From the NCBI RefSeq assembly GCF_009834535.1, contig NC_045707.1, positions 45,634,001 to 45,698,000 on the forward strand: a stretch of 64,000 nt of DNA, read 5' to 3'. The DNA comes from Camelus ferus (taxonomy: Eukaryota). Of this stretch, positions 39,562-51,626 are shown in pieces. A program made the translations under genes and the position numbers. Numbering within the stretch: the first letter of the stretch is position 1; each line of letters starts with the position of its first letter. A model generated the notes under the pieces. It made no database searches and was not told where the DNA came from. It worked only from the letters and a program-made list of their open reading frames with translations.

Positions 39562-40057
39562 TCATACAAAGAGTGCAAGATCTAAAGAACTAGAGAAAGC
39601 AAGAATATCTACAGTAGCTGAATCTGAAGAGAAAGATGAATCCAACTCATTTGGCATCTCACAAACTCCTAGTGTTTCCAAGTTATCTACTAATCTTAAA
39701 TTTTCCAAACTACACCTGCAGGAGGCTCTATTTGAAGAATACAGACTCACTGCTGCTGAAATACTGTATGAACCTGGGGAGACATTGCAGAAATATGCTG
39801 AGTATAACATAACTTTCCCTGTGGGAATCTTGTGAATTACAGTTGGCACGATCTTACTTCAGGTACTTATACCTGTACAACCAAAAATTCAACACTGAAG
39901 AAACACAATGTCTTGCAAGATGATCCCTGTACCATGACCATAGTTGACTTAAAGGGATACAAAATCAACAGCTGTTCAAAAGAAAAATGTCATAAGGAAA
40001 ATCACCTGGTTAAAGGAAAAGACCACCATGTTGCAAGTAAATCTATGGAAAAAACAT
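39562..40057 (+). pseudogene. C3orf20/FAM194-like gene relic, exon C (frameshift and TGA at 39833-39835)
   Basis: Acceptor tttttttttacag, donor GTAAGT at 40058. Frame 1 reads ...LQEALFEEYRLTAAEILYEPGETLQKYAEYNITFPVGIL*; frame 2 continues VNYSWHDLTSG...KSMEKT. This resembles the C3orf20 N-terminus as recalled (LYQQY...LLARISKLL...ISVPKGIRNIFEFTWEELI). Confidence 0.8.
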
Positions 40058-40349
40058 GTAAGTAGACGTTACTAGTTAGATTTACAAAAAATCATCCAGT
40101 TTTTAAAAATAAAAACAGCAAGTATGATATTGAAAAAATACTATGTTAGTGATATTTGGTTTGTGTTAATCATTTTAATAAGTTATTGGTGAATATCAGG
40201 AGAAAGATACAAAAACGTATAGTGTGTTCAAAGTATCTATTATGCTTCATATTTGTGTGATATGAAGTCTCTGCCTTACAGGATCTTACAAATTCTTTCA
40301 GCAGCATGGTCCAGCAGAAACATGATGCTAGCTACATACATAATTTTTT

Positions 40350-41190
40350 AAATTTTACTTTTTATTTTAAGATAATTGTAGACCCACATGCAGTTATAGG
40401 AAATAAAACAAAGAGATCCCATGTACCCTTTACCCATTTTCTTCATATGACAACATATTGGAAAACTATAGTACAACATCACAACCAGGATATAGACACT
40501 GATACAGTCAAGCTTCAAAACATTCCCATCATAGCAAGGATCACGTTGTCCTTCTAGAGTCACACCCACTTCCCTCCTGGCCCCACACTCTCTTTAACGC
40601 TGGCAACCACCAATGTGCTCTCCATTTCTATATTTCTGTCATTTCAAGAATGTTCTATAAATGGAATCATAACAATGTGTAACGTTTGGTAATTGCCTTT
40701 TCTCATTCAGCTTAATTCTCTAGAGATTCATCCAGGTTGTATGTATCAGTAGTTTGTCCCTTTTTATTGCTCAATAGTATGTATTCCATAGTATAGATGT
40801 TCTACAGTTTGTTTAACTAGTCACTCCTTGAGTGGGTAAGGTTTTTTCCCCATTTCTTGAATATTATGAAAGCTGCTAAAACATTTATGTACAACATTTT
40901 TGTAAATATAAGTTTTGATTTCTCTTTGGTAAGTGCCCAGAAGTATAATTGCTGGGCTATGTGGTATTTGCACATTTATTTTTATGTCAAACTGCCAAAT
41001 TGTTTTCCAGGGAGGCTGTGCCATTTTACCTTCCCACCAGAAATGTGTGAGAGATTCCATTTCTCCACATCCTCACCAGTATTTGGGTATTGTCACTGTG
41101 TTTTACTTTATCCATTCTTAGAGATGTGTAGTGGTATCTCATTGTACTTTCAATTTGCATTTCTCTAATGGCTAATGATGTTGAATATAA
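40350..41190 (-). mobile_element. L1M 3' fragment
   Basis: catgtaccctttaccca...tataaatggaatcataacaatgtg...tttctctaatggctaatgatgttgaa. Confidence 0.8.
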
Positions 41191-41580
41191 TCAATAAAAC
41201 GATGTTGAAGACAATTCCAGCTATACAATTTTTACTTTTTAAGAATAAGTGATTGCTGTTAATAAAGGGGTTGAGAATCCCTGTAGCACTGGTTCCGAAA
41301 ATATTGTGCCTAAACCAGAACTAAAACATCACTGGGAACTTTTTGGAACCACCAATTTTCAGGCCTTATCCTAGACTTATTTGATTTCCTCATCTGTTAT
41401 ATGAGGAGGAGAGGAAGAGAGATTAATGGTAGAACTTTGTTGAGAGAATTAAATAATACAATGCTTGTAATATGCTTAGCATAGTGCCTGGCATATAGTA
41501 AGTGCTCAATAAATATGTCATGGTTATTGTGCAAATTCTTACCTATAGCCTTATTTCTTTTACTGTTTTATCATTGTGAT

Positions 41581-41688
41581 TTTATTTTACTTTTACTAAT
41601 TTTTCAAATGGAGGTACTGGGGATTGAACACAGGACCTCATGCATACTAAGCATGCACTCTACCACTGAGCTATACCCACTCCTCCTT
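41581..41688 (-). mobile_element. tRNA-derived SINE (Vic-1-like), second copy
   Basis: ggaggtactggggattgaacacaggacctcatgcatactaagcatgcactctaccactgagctatac, preceded by a T-rich tail. Confidence 0.82.
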
Positions 41689-42330
41689 TTCATTTCTTTT
41701 AGTTACAGCCTATTTGTTATGGACTTACGGTCTTATGGACCTCCTAATTCACATATAAAGTTCAAGGAGTTCCCATGAGTTTTGCTTTCTTTTTGAAATA
41801 TCCTTATTTTTTTTTGTTTTTAGACAGCTTTTAAAACATACATTTTTCTCTATGGGATGAATTTATTTCACTTTGTAGATTAACAAAATTTCTTACCTTA
41901 GATTTACATTTTAGCTGAAAACTTACTAATAATACAGAGAGGCCTTGGGTCCTTATAGTCTTTTTTTTTTCTTTACCAGCAATATAGGCTGCTGATTGTT
42001 GTTCAGTAGCTAAAAGAAGAAATGAATAAAACATGAATCTTTTTTCAACAGTTCTCATGTGAAAAGGCAGTTCTTAGAACAAAAGCATAAGCACAGTCCT
42101 TTAGTAAGTCAAGAAATTATGCAGAGGAACTTTCAATTTAAAAAGTTGATTCCAGAGCAAACGAAAATATTTTATGGGTCATTGTGGGTACTTATCAAAA
42201 ATTTTGCTAATGCTCTGGTAAGAATATTAAAATATTAATTGGATTTTCTGTTGATGATGATCTGACAAAATGCTCTCTTTTTCTTCTTTTCCTCTCCCCA
42301 CTCGTATTCCTTCTTCTTCATTTTTCCTAG

Positions 42331-42429
42331 CTCTTATCAACCAAAACCAGTGTTCCCAGATTTCCCAGGATAGCAGTTCACCTATTGTCACCCACTTCTC
42401 ACTGACATCCAAGATCTGCTTACAAAATG
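42331..42429 (+). pseudogene. C3orf20/FAM194-like gene relic, exon D
   Basis: Long pyrimidine tract ...tttttcctag; 99 nt, stop-free, (S)LINQNQCSQISQDSSSPIVTHFSLTSKICLQN(G); donor G|GTAAGA; phase 1 matches the end of exon C. Confidence 0.72.
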
Positions 42430-43964
42430 GTAAGATCCCCTTACCCACCCAATGAGCAAACAGAGTGAGAATCGCTTACATCCCCTGAATTTGGAACATT
42501 TCTCCCAGCCATCCTCTTATAACCGCAGTCAGAGCAGGACATTTAAGTTCATGGATTCCAAGTCAAACTTTTCAAAGGCTTCTCCCTCTAATCCAGCCCT
42601 CCCTGGATTCCCTACTCTTATACCCTGGAAACTTTTCCTTCATTTATAGATGAGAAAACTAATGTACCATGAAGTGTGACAGTTTCCTCTGAGTCATACA
42701 GCTGGAAAAAGGCAGAGCCAGGGTGAGACCCAGCTCTCTCAGACTCCAAAGTCTACCCACTCTCCACCAGGTTCCCACTCCAGTTCCTCACCTGACCTCT
42801 TCTGTAAAAATAGCCACTTATTGTTTTGGGGAATGTATTTTAAATGTAATACATGCTTAGTATTTAAAGTATTTAACATTTCATACACACAAAGAAAATA
42901 AATTGCAAAATGAAAAATGTTTATATCAGAAGCAAACAAGTTTTGACTTACACCATTGATAAATCCAAATTGTTAAGAGAGATCTTATAATATAATGTCA
43001 AAGGCTTTATTATTTTTTCTAAAATATTGGCACTTTCCTGCTCTGGATAAAAATTGAGCAGCTCATGCAGCGACTGGGAAAGAAGGACCTGCAGCCAAAT
43101 GACTTAGTCTCTGTTAATGATGTCTCTTCCTCTAAACGCCTTTAAGGGCTGGGAGAGGCAGAGCAAGCCCCAGAGGCCAGGCCTTGGTGGTCAATTAGAT
43201 GTTAAATCTTGTTCTGAAAATTCCTGATAATTTAATTGATCAAGTATAATTTCTAATGAATTTTTTAATTGAAATCAGTATTAAAATTTTAATGTAATTT
43301 AAATGAGTAAGTTTAGTATTTAAATTTATATTACATTAAAACACCAATACATAATACTTGAATTAACTTTTATTATTATACAATTATCAGTGTTTTGTTT
43401 TAAGATTTTTTTCCCCATTGTTTTTATTACTGGAAAGTTCTTTCCTCATTTTCAGATTAGATAGACCAACCCTATTTTTTGTTTCTTTATTCTAGTTTAG
43501 CTGGAAATTTTGTTGTGTGTGGTATGAAGTTATGAAAGTCTGGCTTTATTCCTCTCATGCCAATAGCTAGTATTTATTGAGCACTAATAATAATAGCTAG
43601 GGTTTACTGGGTGATCATTTTGTGTAAGGCACTACATGAAGCAATTTACATGCCTCCATGAGTAAGTCACTGTTGTTATGCCAAGGTCAGAGAACTAGTA
43701 AGTGAGTAAGCTTCTGTATAAGCTGAGGTTTATCTGATACCAAAGGCTGTGCATCTAAGCACAACCCTATCATCTCTTTGGAGTCATTTATTGAATACAC
43801 TCTCTTGTCATCCACTGATTTGAGTTCTTACCTTAATCATATCTTTGGTCTCAGGTATATTAGAGTCTGCTTTTGAGCTGTCTATTCTGTTTCATTGATC
43901 TGCCATTGATTCTGTTTCATTGAGTTTTCAGCTATTTTAATTATTCAGATTATATAATATGAGA

Positions 43965-44180
43965 CAGGCATCTATGGTGTTAAAAAGAGCCCTTGAAACC
44001 AAATTGATAGGGCTAAGATCCCAGCTCCATCAATTCATGTGACCTTGGGAAAGTCTCTTAATTTCCCTTTGCCTCCCTGTCCTCAACTGTAAAATGAGGA
44101 TAATCATAGTAGCTACCTTTTATAGTTGTTGTAAAGATTCCTAGCACAAATAGGCATTCAATAAATGTCAGTTATTACTA
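43965..44180 (+). mobile_element. MIR SINE
   Basis: tgtgaccttgggaaagtctcttaatttcc...cctcaactgtaaaatgaggataatcatagtagctacc. Confidence 0.75.
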
Positions 44181-47100
44181 TCTTAGTATCTGGTACAGCA
44201 GATCTTCTCTAGTTACTCTTTCTAATCAAAGCGTCTTAACCAGTTCACCAACTCATTCTTCCTGGTGAAATTAGAATTAGTTTTTCAAGTTTCAAAAGGC
44301 CTCAAAGGATTTGGAGCAGGCAACATACTTTAATAAAAAGGAAACCAAGCTTGTAGGGGATATCTGAGAACCTAAGACTGTTCTAAAAAATAAAATCTAA
44401 AAAAAAAAAAATTGAAAGAAAAAAATACTTGAAATCAGAACACCCAAGTTCATTAGTCAATGGGTGTGGGCTCTTGTGTAAATCACTTGGACTCCTGAAC
44501 CTCTCTTTCTTTAGTCATTTAGGGATAACAACATATCTTCTGCTTACCATAGCACGTTGTGACACGTGACACTTTTTGTTTTGTAGACACTAAAGTGCTA
44601 AGCAAGTAAAAAGCATTTTTAATAATAACCCAATATCCCAATACCATCAGAAGTGGTTTCTTGTAACAAAGAGTTTAGAACCAAGAAGAGATGGCTTGGC
44701 AGAGTAGATGGAGGCGAATTTAGCTGACACACAGCAACAGGGATGAGTAAGATGCTATTACACATAACTCACACATAATAAACTGTGTCAAGGGAGTGGT
44801 TTTGTAACAAAGAGAATTGATGGAATTTGTTCTCAAAGGAATCTGTCATATACAGAATCCAAGTTTGTAAAAAAGAACACATGTAATTTTACAATTTGTG
44901 CATTACAAAACATTTGTAAGAAAAGCAGCCAAATTTTAATATTGCCTGGTTACCAGGGTGAGAGAGAGCATGGAGATTAAATAAATGCTTGCTGATTAAA
45001 ATGCAATTTTATGCAAATCAGAACTATCAGCCTTTCTACCCTACCAAATTTCTATCACATTTGCTTAACACAGAAGTTTAATACCAAGTCAGACCCAGGG
45101 AAACTAAGGGCAGGAATTAAAAATCATCTCTAACCTCATTGGTAGATCTATACTGGGATAGATTGTGTATCACAGGAAGTCTTCTGACAAACATAGACTG
45201 AACCCTCCCATCACAGACCAGCTACCAGGGCACTTCTTTCAGCAGAGCATATTCTTCAGACCAAGTCTCCTAGAGATTCTGTCTGAGACTGAAACAGATT
45301 TCTGGGCTGTAGCTAGTGAAGCGGTCATATTCACTGTTAGAGCATGGTGGTGCAAATGCACAAGTCTGGGAATCCTGGGCTTGCTTCTAACCCTGACCCT
45401 GACATTTCTTTGCTGTGTGGCCTAGAGTACAAAGATCAATGTCTGTAAAGGTTTAGAGCCCAAGCTTTGGAGTCCACACAACTCTTACATTCCCATTTGC
45501 CAACTATGGAATTTGGGGCACTTACTCAGCTTCTCAAGCCTTACTTTCCTCATATAAAATGAAGATCCTACTAGAATCTACCTCAGAGTTGTTGAAAGCA
45601 TTAAATGAAAGAATGCAGCTAAATAATTTAGCACAATCTGTAGAATATTGTAAATTCTTGATAAACTATTATTTAGCAAAATTATTGTTCCCTTTTCTGT
45701 ACTTTGGCTTCTTCATCTGTAAACTGGGATTAGATATTTTCCAGCCATCCTTCAGCTCTTTACATTCAGTGAATGCCCTCCTCCATACTGAATTTAGCTT
45801 ACTGTTAGATTCTTAGGCCAATTTGATTTAAGACAATTTGAATAGTTCCCTTTCTATTCCAGCCTCTGTATTTGAGTAGTCTGGATACTAGACAGCTGGG
45901 ATAATTGGGTAACTTCTGACTTAGAGGACTGTTCCTTAAGTCCTGACAATGATTTCCTGGGAGTGACCAACCACCTAAAACTTTCAGGAAACCATTTTTC
46001 GCAAGGATCAGGGCTCATTTGTTGAACTAACTGACTTGATGATAATTATCACCTGCTGGACAATCCAGAGGTCAACTTCTGGGCCTCAGGCAAGAGGAGA
46101 GCAAGACCACTGCCAACACCTTGAGAAAAGGCAGAGAAGAGGCAATCTTTACTGACCTGAGAGATGGATTAGTCTTTACACAATGACTTCTGTTAAAGGG
46201 AGTAGAAAAGGAAGCACTGCTTTAAAAAGTGTAATGGGGAACTTTCCAGAATTATAGCTACCTACCCTGAATATTTCAGTAATGTGGCATTTATATAAAT
46301 GTAGGAGATTCTGCATTGGCGTTTTTTGCACTAGAGCTTTTATATCTTAATTTTTGGCCTTGTTGATAAGGAGGAGGACCATGCCTTTTTTGCTCCCAAT
46401 GATTGTAGATATTTACACTTCAGAGGCATATTTACCTTTCTTTTAAGAGTAATCTAAAATGGTCCATTTATGGAGAGTCACAGAAAAATAGAATCATGTC
46501 TAAGAATTGAATGAAAGGGCTGAGGTATGGGCTTGAGAATGGTAATTAGACCCGGGTTTCCAGTTGGTTTATAAATGTGTGTTGTTAAGCTGACATCCTG
46601 CCAGCCTTTGATGATCATAAATGGAGTGGCATGTGTGTGTTCTGGTGTGGGAAAGAGTGGAAATCTATAAGTGCTTTGCTTTTGTGACACTGTTCAAAAA
46701 TTCTGCCCACTCACCTTATTTTTGGCAGTGGGATACACTTTCATGAGAACATGAGAAAGAAAGAAGGAACAGCAGGAGGAGGAGGAAAGCAAGAGAAAAG
46801 ACAAAGGGCAAGAGAGAGAAAGCAGGTGTTTTAATCAAGCATTTCCATTTTCTAGCAGATTTGGCCCTTGCCCCCTCTCTTGACTCTGGTTTTTTCCCCA
46901 CAAGACTTACTGAAAAGAACTCCCTCCTGCTTCTCTGAGAGGGGCCAGTGACCCTTTCCAATTACTAGGGACTCCTGCCCCCAGTTCCCCCTACACCAAC
47001 AATAGTGTGGCTATTATGGCTCTCCCTCTTTTCATGAATCAGCTATGTTATTTCCAGTTACTTATTTTTAATCCTTTAAAATTTTCCCTTTCATCCATTG

Positions 47101-47825
47101 TAATCCTGGCTTTCTCTAATAAAGCCACTTAGCCCCCACAGAATTATTTTTTCCTTTCAGCATAGCTCTTCTCCCAAGGCCCTCACTCAGCCAATAAATG
47201 TATATGCATGCACACAATACACAGACCAATTCTTTCAGAAACTCCAAGATTATCCTTGAGATATGTCAGCTCAATTTTAGGAATTTTCAAATTCACTTTC
47301 AAGTGAAAAATATTGAGGATTCCTGTTTGAATCTGCTCTGAATATGAAGGGACTTGCTGAGGGCCTCCTTAAATATTCACTTACCTTGTTGCTGAGATTT
47401 GTTTGTTTATTTGTTTATTTTGAGTCCCACTTTGTGCTTAGAAATACCCAAACTCTTCTCTGAAAAAGTAGCTCCCATTTCCCTTCATTAGAGTCCTGAC
47501 ACTTCTGATTGTTCTCAAGTGTTGGTCGTGGGATCTGCCCAATTTCATCCCTACATTGTGTCTTAATAACCCAGAAGTCCAGCAGCCCATCTTTGGTAGC
47601 TGGGACCATGGAGTAGATGCAAGCCAGCCAGTCCATGGAGATATTAAACAGGTGGTGTTGGTCTCCAAGACAGATAAGAACATCTTCTTTAGTATATGAC
47701 TTCTACTTGGCCAGCCTGACTCAGGAGGCTTTTTCTAATGGCATGCTACCAACAGCCTCTACTTGGCATGCTTGGGTATACAAGTGTTTATGCACATGTG
47801 TGCATGTATGTGCATGTGTGTATAC

Positions 47826-47828
<3 letters not shown>

Positions 47829-47876
<48 letters not shown>
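47829..47876. repeat. (TG)24 microsatellite
   Basis: Read directly from the sequence. Confidence 0.97.
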
Positions 47877-47880
<4 letters not shown>

Positions 47881-48854
47881 GAGAGCAGGAAGCTGAGCAA
47901 GAACTAGGAAGGCCTGCCTCATTGGCTGACTCAGACACACAGCCCTGGTGAGTTTGCATTTTTAAACACATTTTATACAATGCCTACAGCTCCTGTAGTG
48001 CCTAACATAGGAATGTAGGGAGCAGTATCATGAAGTGGAGAGGATGGAGTAGTTTGGAGTTGATATGGATGACATTGCATCCAGTCTGTGCCACATAGCT
48101 GCAAAACTCGAGCACTCTTTTTAGAATAGGGATAGATGGCAACTTTCTCGTAAGAATGTACAAGTTTTGACTGTAGAAGACATCTAGTGAATATTTGTGA
48201 ATGGTTAAATGAATATTCTAAGAGGCTACCTTAATTTCAGGGTCTCTGAAACACTGAAGCTACTTTCATATTCACCTACCCTTTCCCTTGACCACTATAT
48301 TATTGATGAATATATATGTGTATGTTCCCCACTAAATTGTAACAAAAACAACTAGTATTTTAGAGTGCATGCTAAACACGAGGATCCATGCCCAGAGATG
48401 TGTGCATTAATTAACCAGAGATTCCTATCTTTCTGTGAGGTATTGTTATCCCTATTTTATAGATAAAGAAACCAAAGCTCAGAGGGGGTTAGTATTTTGC
48501 CTCCTTAATACAGTCCCAAGTGGCAATGCCAGGGTCCACATCAGTTCTCGTCCAAAACCTGTGCTGTGTTGTGCTGCTTCTGTGGGGGCAGGACTACTTC
48601 CTAGTCCTGCATTTGCTGCAGCCTCTGGTATAGTGCTTCATAAACAGTAGGTGCTCAATAACTGTTTTTAAATGGTAGGTACTCAATAAACACTTAGCTA
48701 AGGATTTCAAAATTCAGCCTTCTCTCTCTAAAAGAAGCCATTATATCAGTGGTAAACATGAGGTCACAGAGACCTGAATAGCCATTGACCATCACCCAGC
48801 CCTTAATAAGAACAGGAAAATTAGCCAGCTCTTGAATTCTTTTCTTTTGAACAG

Positions 48855-49087
48855 AAAAATAGAAGAAGCGAAGTTAAAAAAAAAAAGAGGGATTCAGCAA
48901 ACAACTTGTCCTGAGCCACTATCATGATCCTACAGACAAGAAAGAAGTGAACAACAGTCGCCAAAGTTCTCAATGTTTCTGGCTGGAGCTGCTGAAGAGA
49001 AGGATCAAGTTGCCAATGGTCAAAAGAGGCTGACCCAAGGATGAAAAAGTTCCATTATGCCCTGATCGATGGTTCCTCTCTGACATA
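48855..49087 (+). pseudogene. C3orf20/FAM194-like gene relic, exon E (two +1 frameshifts)
   Basis: Acceptor ttcttttgaacag. Three frame segments: KIEEAKLKK / EGFSKQLVLSHYHDP...WLELLKRRIKLPMVK / EADPRMKKFHYALIDGSSLT(Y). Length 233 = 231+2. Ends at the U12 donor ATATCCTT. Confidence 0.8.
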
Positions 49088-50024
49088 ATATCCTTATGAA
49101 ATGACAATGGGAAGAAGGATGGTGGGTGCCAGGCATGATGGAAGGGACTGACAGATGGGGCATTTATTTTTCAGCAGAAAATCTCAGAAGCATTGGAGAA
49201 GGAGGTCTGATGCCCTGTGTTTATTCAGTCCCTTTCTTCCAAGGGTCAACATTCTCTTACTCTGGGGACAGGAGAAGTCAACCCAAGAAGGAGGTTGGGT
49301 CAGTTTCTTCAGTTTACAAACCTTTCTTCTATTTAAGGGAACCTCTGGTTGTAGTCAGTATTTTTGTTAAGTACCCAAGGGCTCATGTGTTTCTGAGAAA
49401 ATGAGTATGCCTTTAGTTTCCTGATTAGTAGAGAGAGTCTAGCTTAGAGAGAAGAGGGAGCCTGTAATAAATTCCTACAAATCCAAAGTGAAAAAGACCT
49501 CGGGAGTCCATCATGGCTTGATAGAGGTTGGTACAGATAGATGTTGTGAAATTGTTTGCGCATCCGTAATTGTCCCTCAGCCCTTCTTTGCCACTATCTG
49601 TCCATAGACAGCGTCAGGGAGACCTGATCCTCCTGCTGTGTTCTGGAATGGCTTCTTGGGGCCATACTGGGTAGCAGTGGGCACCTTTGATTTCCAGTGG
49701 CTCTGCCATTAATAGGACCAGTCTGACCAGACCTTCCTGTTATTATTCACAAAACTGGTTTCCAAGAATTTTCAGCTAAAGTGAGGGTGCAGGCAATGTG
49801 AACATATGGGAAGAACATGCAAATGGGAGTTTGGGAACTCATGTGCTGGCCTGGTACTATCATTATTGTGCTCAGTGAAAGTGAGTCACCCTCTCTGGAC
49901 TTCTGTTGCCTTCTCTGTAAATAACTGATTTAAAAATTAAATAGGATGAAAGTGTCATTCTGTATAAGAACTATTATTAGCATTGTTGTTTTTATCAATA
50001 TCAGTTCCTTAACTTGGATTTTAT
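49088..50024 (+). other. U12-type (minor spliceosome) intron, 937 nt, AT...AT termini
   Basis: 5' splice site ATATCCTTAT at 49088; branch site TTCCTTAAC at 50005-50013, ending 11 nt before the 3' end; no pyrimidine tract or AG. Removal gives TA|C TAT CCT TCT GGC = YYPSG. Confidence 0.85.
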
Positions 50025-50174
50025 CTATCCTTCTGGCCACCTAGCTGTCTGCCAAAGCTATTCTGACCTCCCTTGGGGTGGTGTGTACACCAATATATTC
50101 AGCAATTTGCCAAATCAAGTTATCCTTGGAACTTTTACACCTTTTGGATGTGGCAGCATTTCTTTTCCTAATAG
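50025..50174 (+). pseudogene. C3orf20/FAM194-like gene relic, exon F (start of the FAM194-type domain)
   Basis: 150 nt, stop-free, (Y)YPSGHLAVCQSYSDLPWGGVYTNIFSNLPNQVILGTFTPFGCGSISFPN; donor AG|GTATGT. Matches the recalled C3orf20 motif DGSSFVYYPSGNVAVCQ...CLFND...LLALFNTEGQG. Confidence 0.85.
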
Positions 50175-51390
50175 GTATGTGAGATTCCAGACAAACTAGA
50201 ACTTGTGGGTAAGCTAAGGGGTGGAGAAAGAGCTAAATCCCAACAAAGGAAAGGATGGGAAAGCAGTCTTTTAAATCGTTAATCTAATTGGGAAAACAGA
50301 TAAGGAAAATGAAACATACACATGTGTTCATGGCTGTTCCATGCACAAACTTGCTTATTAGAACAGGCCAAAAGACCGTAGATCTCAAAGAATCCGCTTG
50401 TGTCATCCATGAGGTATATGCTGTGTTTCTCAAGAGCAGAGGGATCTATAATATGAAGGCCAGGCCCCAAGAATACAGAGGCTGGGAACTGAAACCGAGA
50501 GACTTTTTTAGGTGAGCCAGGTATCAGCTGGGCCACCCTGCCCTCTTAAGAACTAGGTAACACTAGCAGCAACACCTTTCCATGCCCCATAGAAAGTCTC
50601 ATATCCTCCACCAAAAGTTCTGCAAAGTTCTCATGGTCTCTGGCTTTGACAGTGTGACTCCACTGAATCTTGTTCTCCACCCTGTGTCTTGCATCTGTGG
50701 GTTTATCTTGGCTCTCTGTTAATTTGAGCCAAATGGAGAATTTGCTCCTTTCCTTGATTTTCACACGTAAAAACTGCTCACCTGAATTCTCTGTGAAGGT
50801 AGTCAAATGTCTTGGTGGTTTGGCCCATAGGGAGTTTATCGCACAATAATACAAACATCTTAAATGAAGTGTAAAATGTACTAATGTGTTCTTAAAAGTG
50901 CTTTCTCCATCCTACACATTGACCAATATTTCACATATCCCTCTCTGGGATCCTCTTTTTCTCTCTCTTTTTTTAGGACTTCTACCCTTTTCCCCATTCA
51001 TTCCCCACCCTCTAAATTTTTTCATTTTCTTACCGAAAAGAAATTTCAGCTCTTTATAATTATATTCCCCAATCAGCTAACTTCTGCACATCCAAGAACT
51101 TAGCTAACAATTTGGGTGAGCATCCTGGAGGGTGGGGATCAAGAGGGATTGGAGGATGGGGAGAGGGATCAAAGAAGAAGGGGTAGGATTATTTTATTGC
51201 CTCACTTCCCTCAGCCATACCACTGCTGTGATATGTCTTATTCATTCACTTATGTATTTCTTCTTTCTTTCCTTCCTTTAGTACATATTTGTTGAGCACC
51301 TATTATGTGCCAAACACTCAGAATAGAGAGTAATGTAAGATATGGTTCCTGCTTGTCAGAAAATGTGTTACAGGGAACCTGAAAGGCAAT

Positions 51391-51626
51391 ACTACTGACC
51401 GTTGAACAACACAGGGTTGGTGTGCCAATCCTTCTAGCAGTAGAATATCTACATGTAACTTAAAGCCAGCCCTCCCTCTCCAGGGTTCCTCCCTGTCCAC
51501 AGTTCTGCATCCTCAGATTAAACCAACAATGGATCGTGTAGTACTGTAGTATTTACTGTGGAAAAAAAATCTGCATATAAGTGGCCCTGTGTGGTTCAAA
51601 CCCATGTTGTTCAAGGGTCAACTATA
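51391..51626. mobile_element. Tigger2-family non-autonomous element
   Basis: TIRs ctgaccgttgaacaacacaggg and cccatgttgttcaagggtcaact, TA-flanked. Confidence 0.8.

Noticed and set aside
39562..39849. 95-aa minus-strand ORF
   Set aside because: Antisense shadow of relic exon C; the splice signals and homology are on the + strand.
43040..43145. Short frame WIKIEQLMQRLGKKDLQ considered as the missing D-E exon
   Set aside because: No suitable AG acceptor or donor in the required phases.
50362..50511. Open phase-2 segment after exon F ending at AG|GTGAGC, a possible exon G
   Set aside because: Weak acceptor, and the peptide (TGQKTVDLKESACV...) shows no resemblance to the expected FAM194 continuation.
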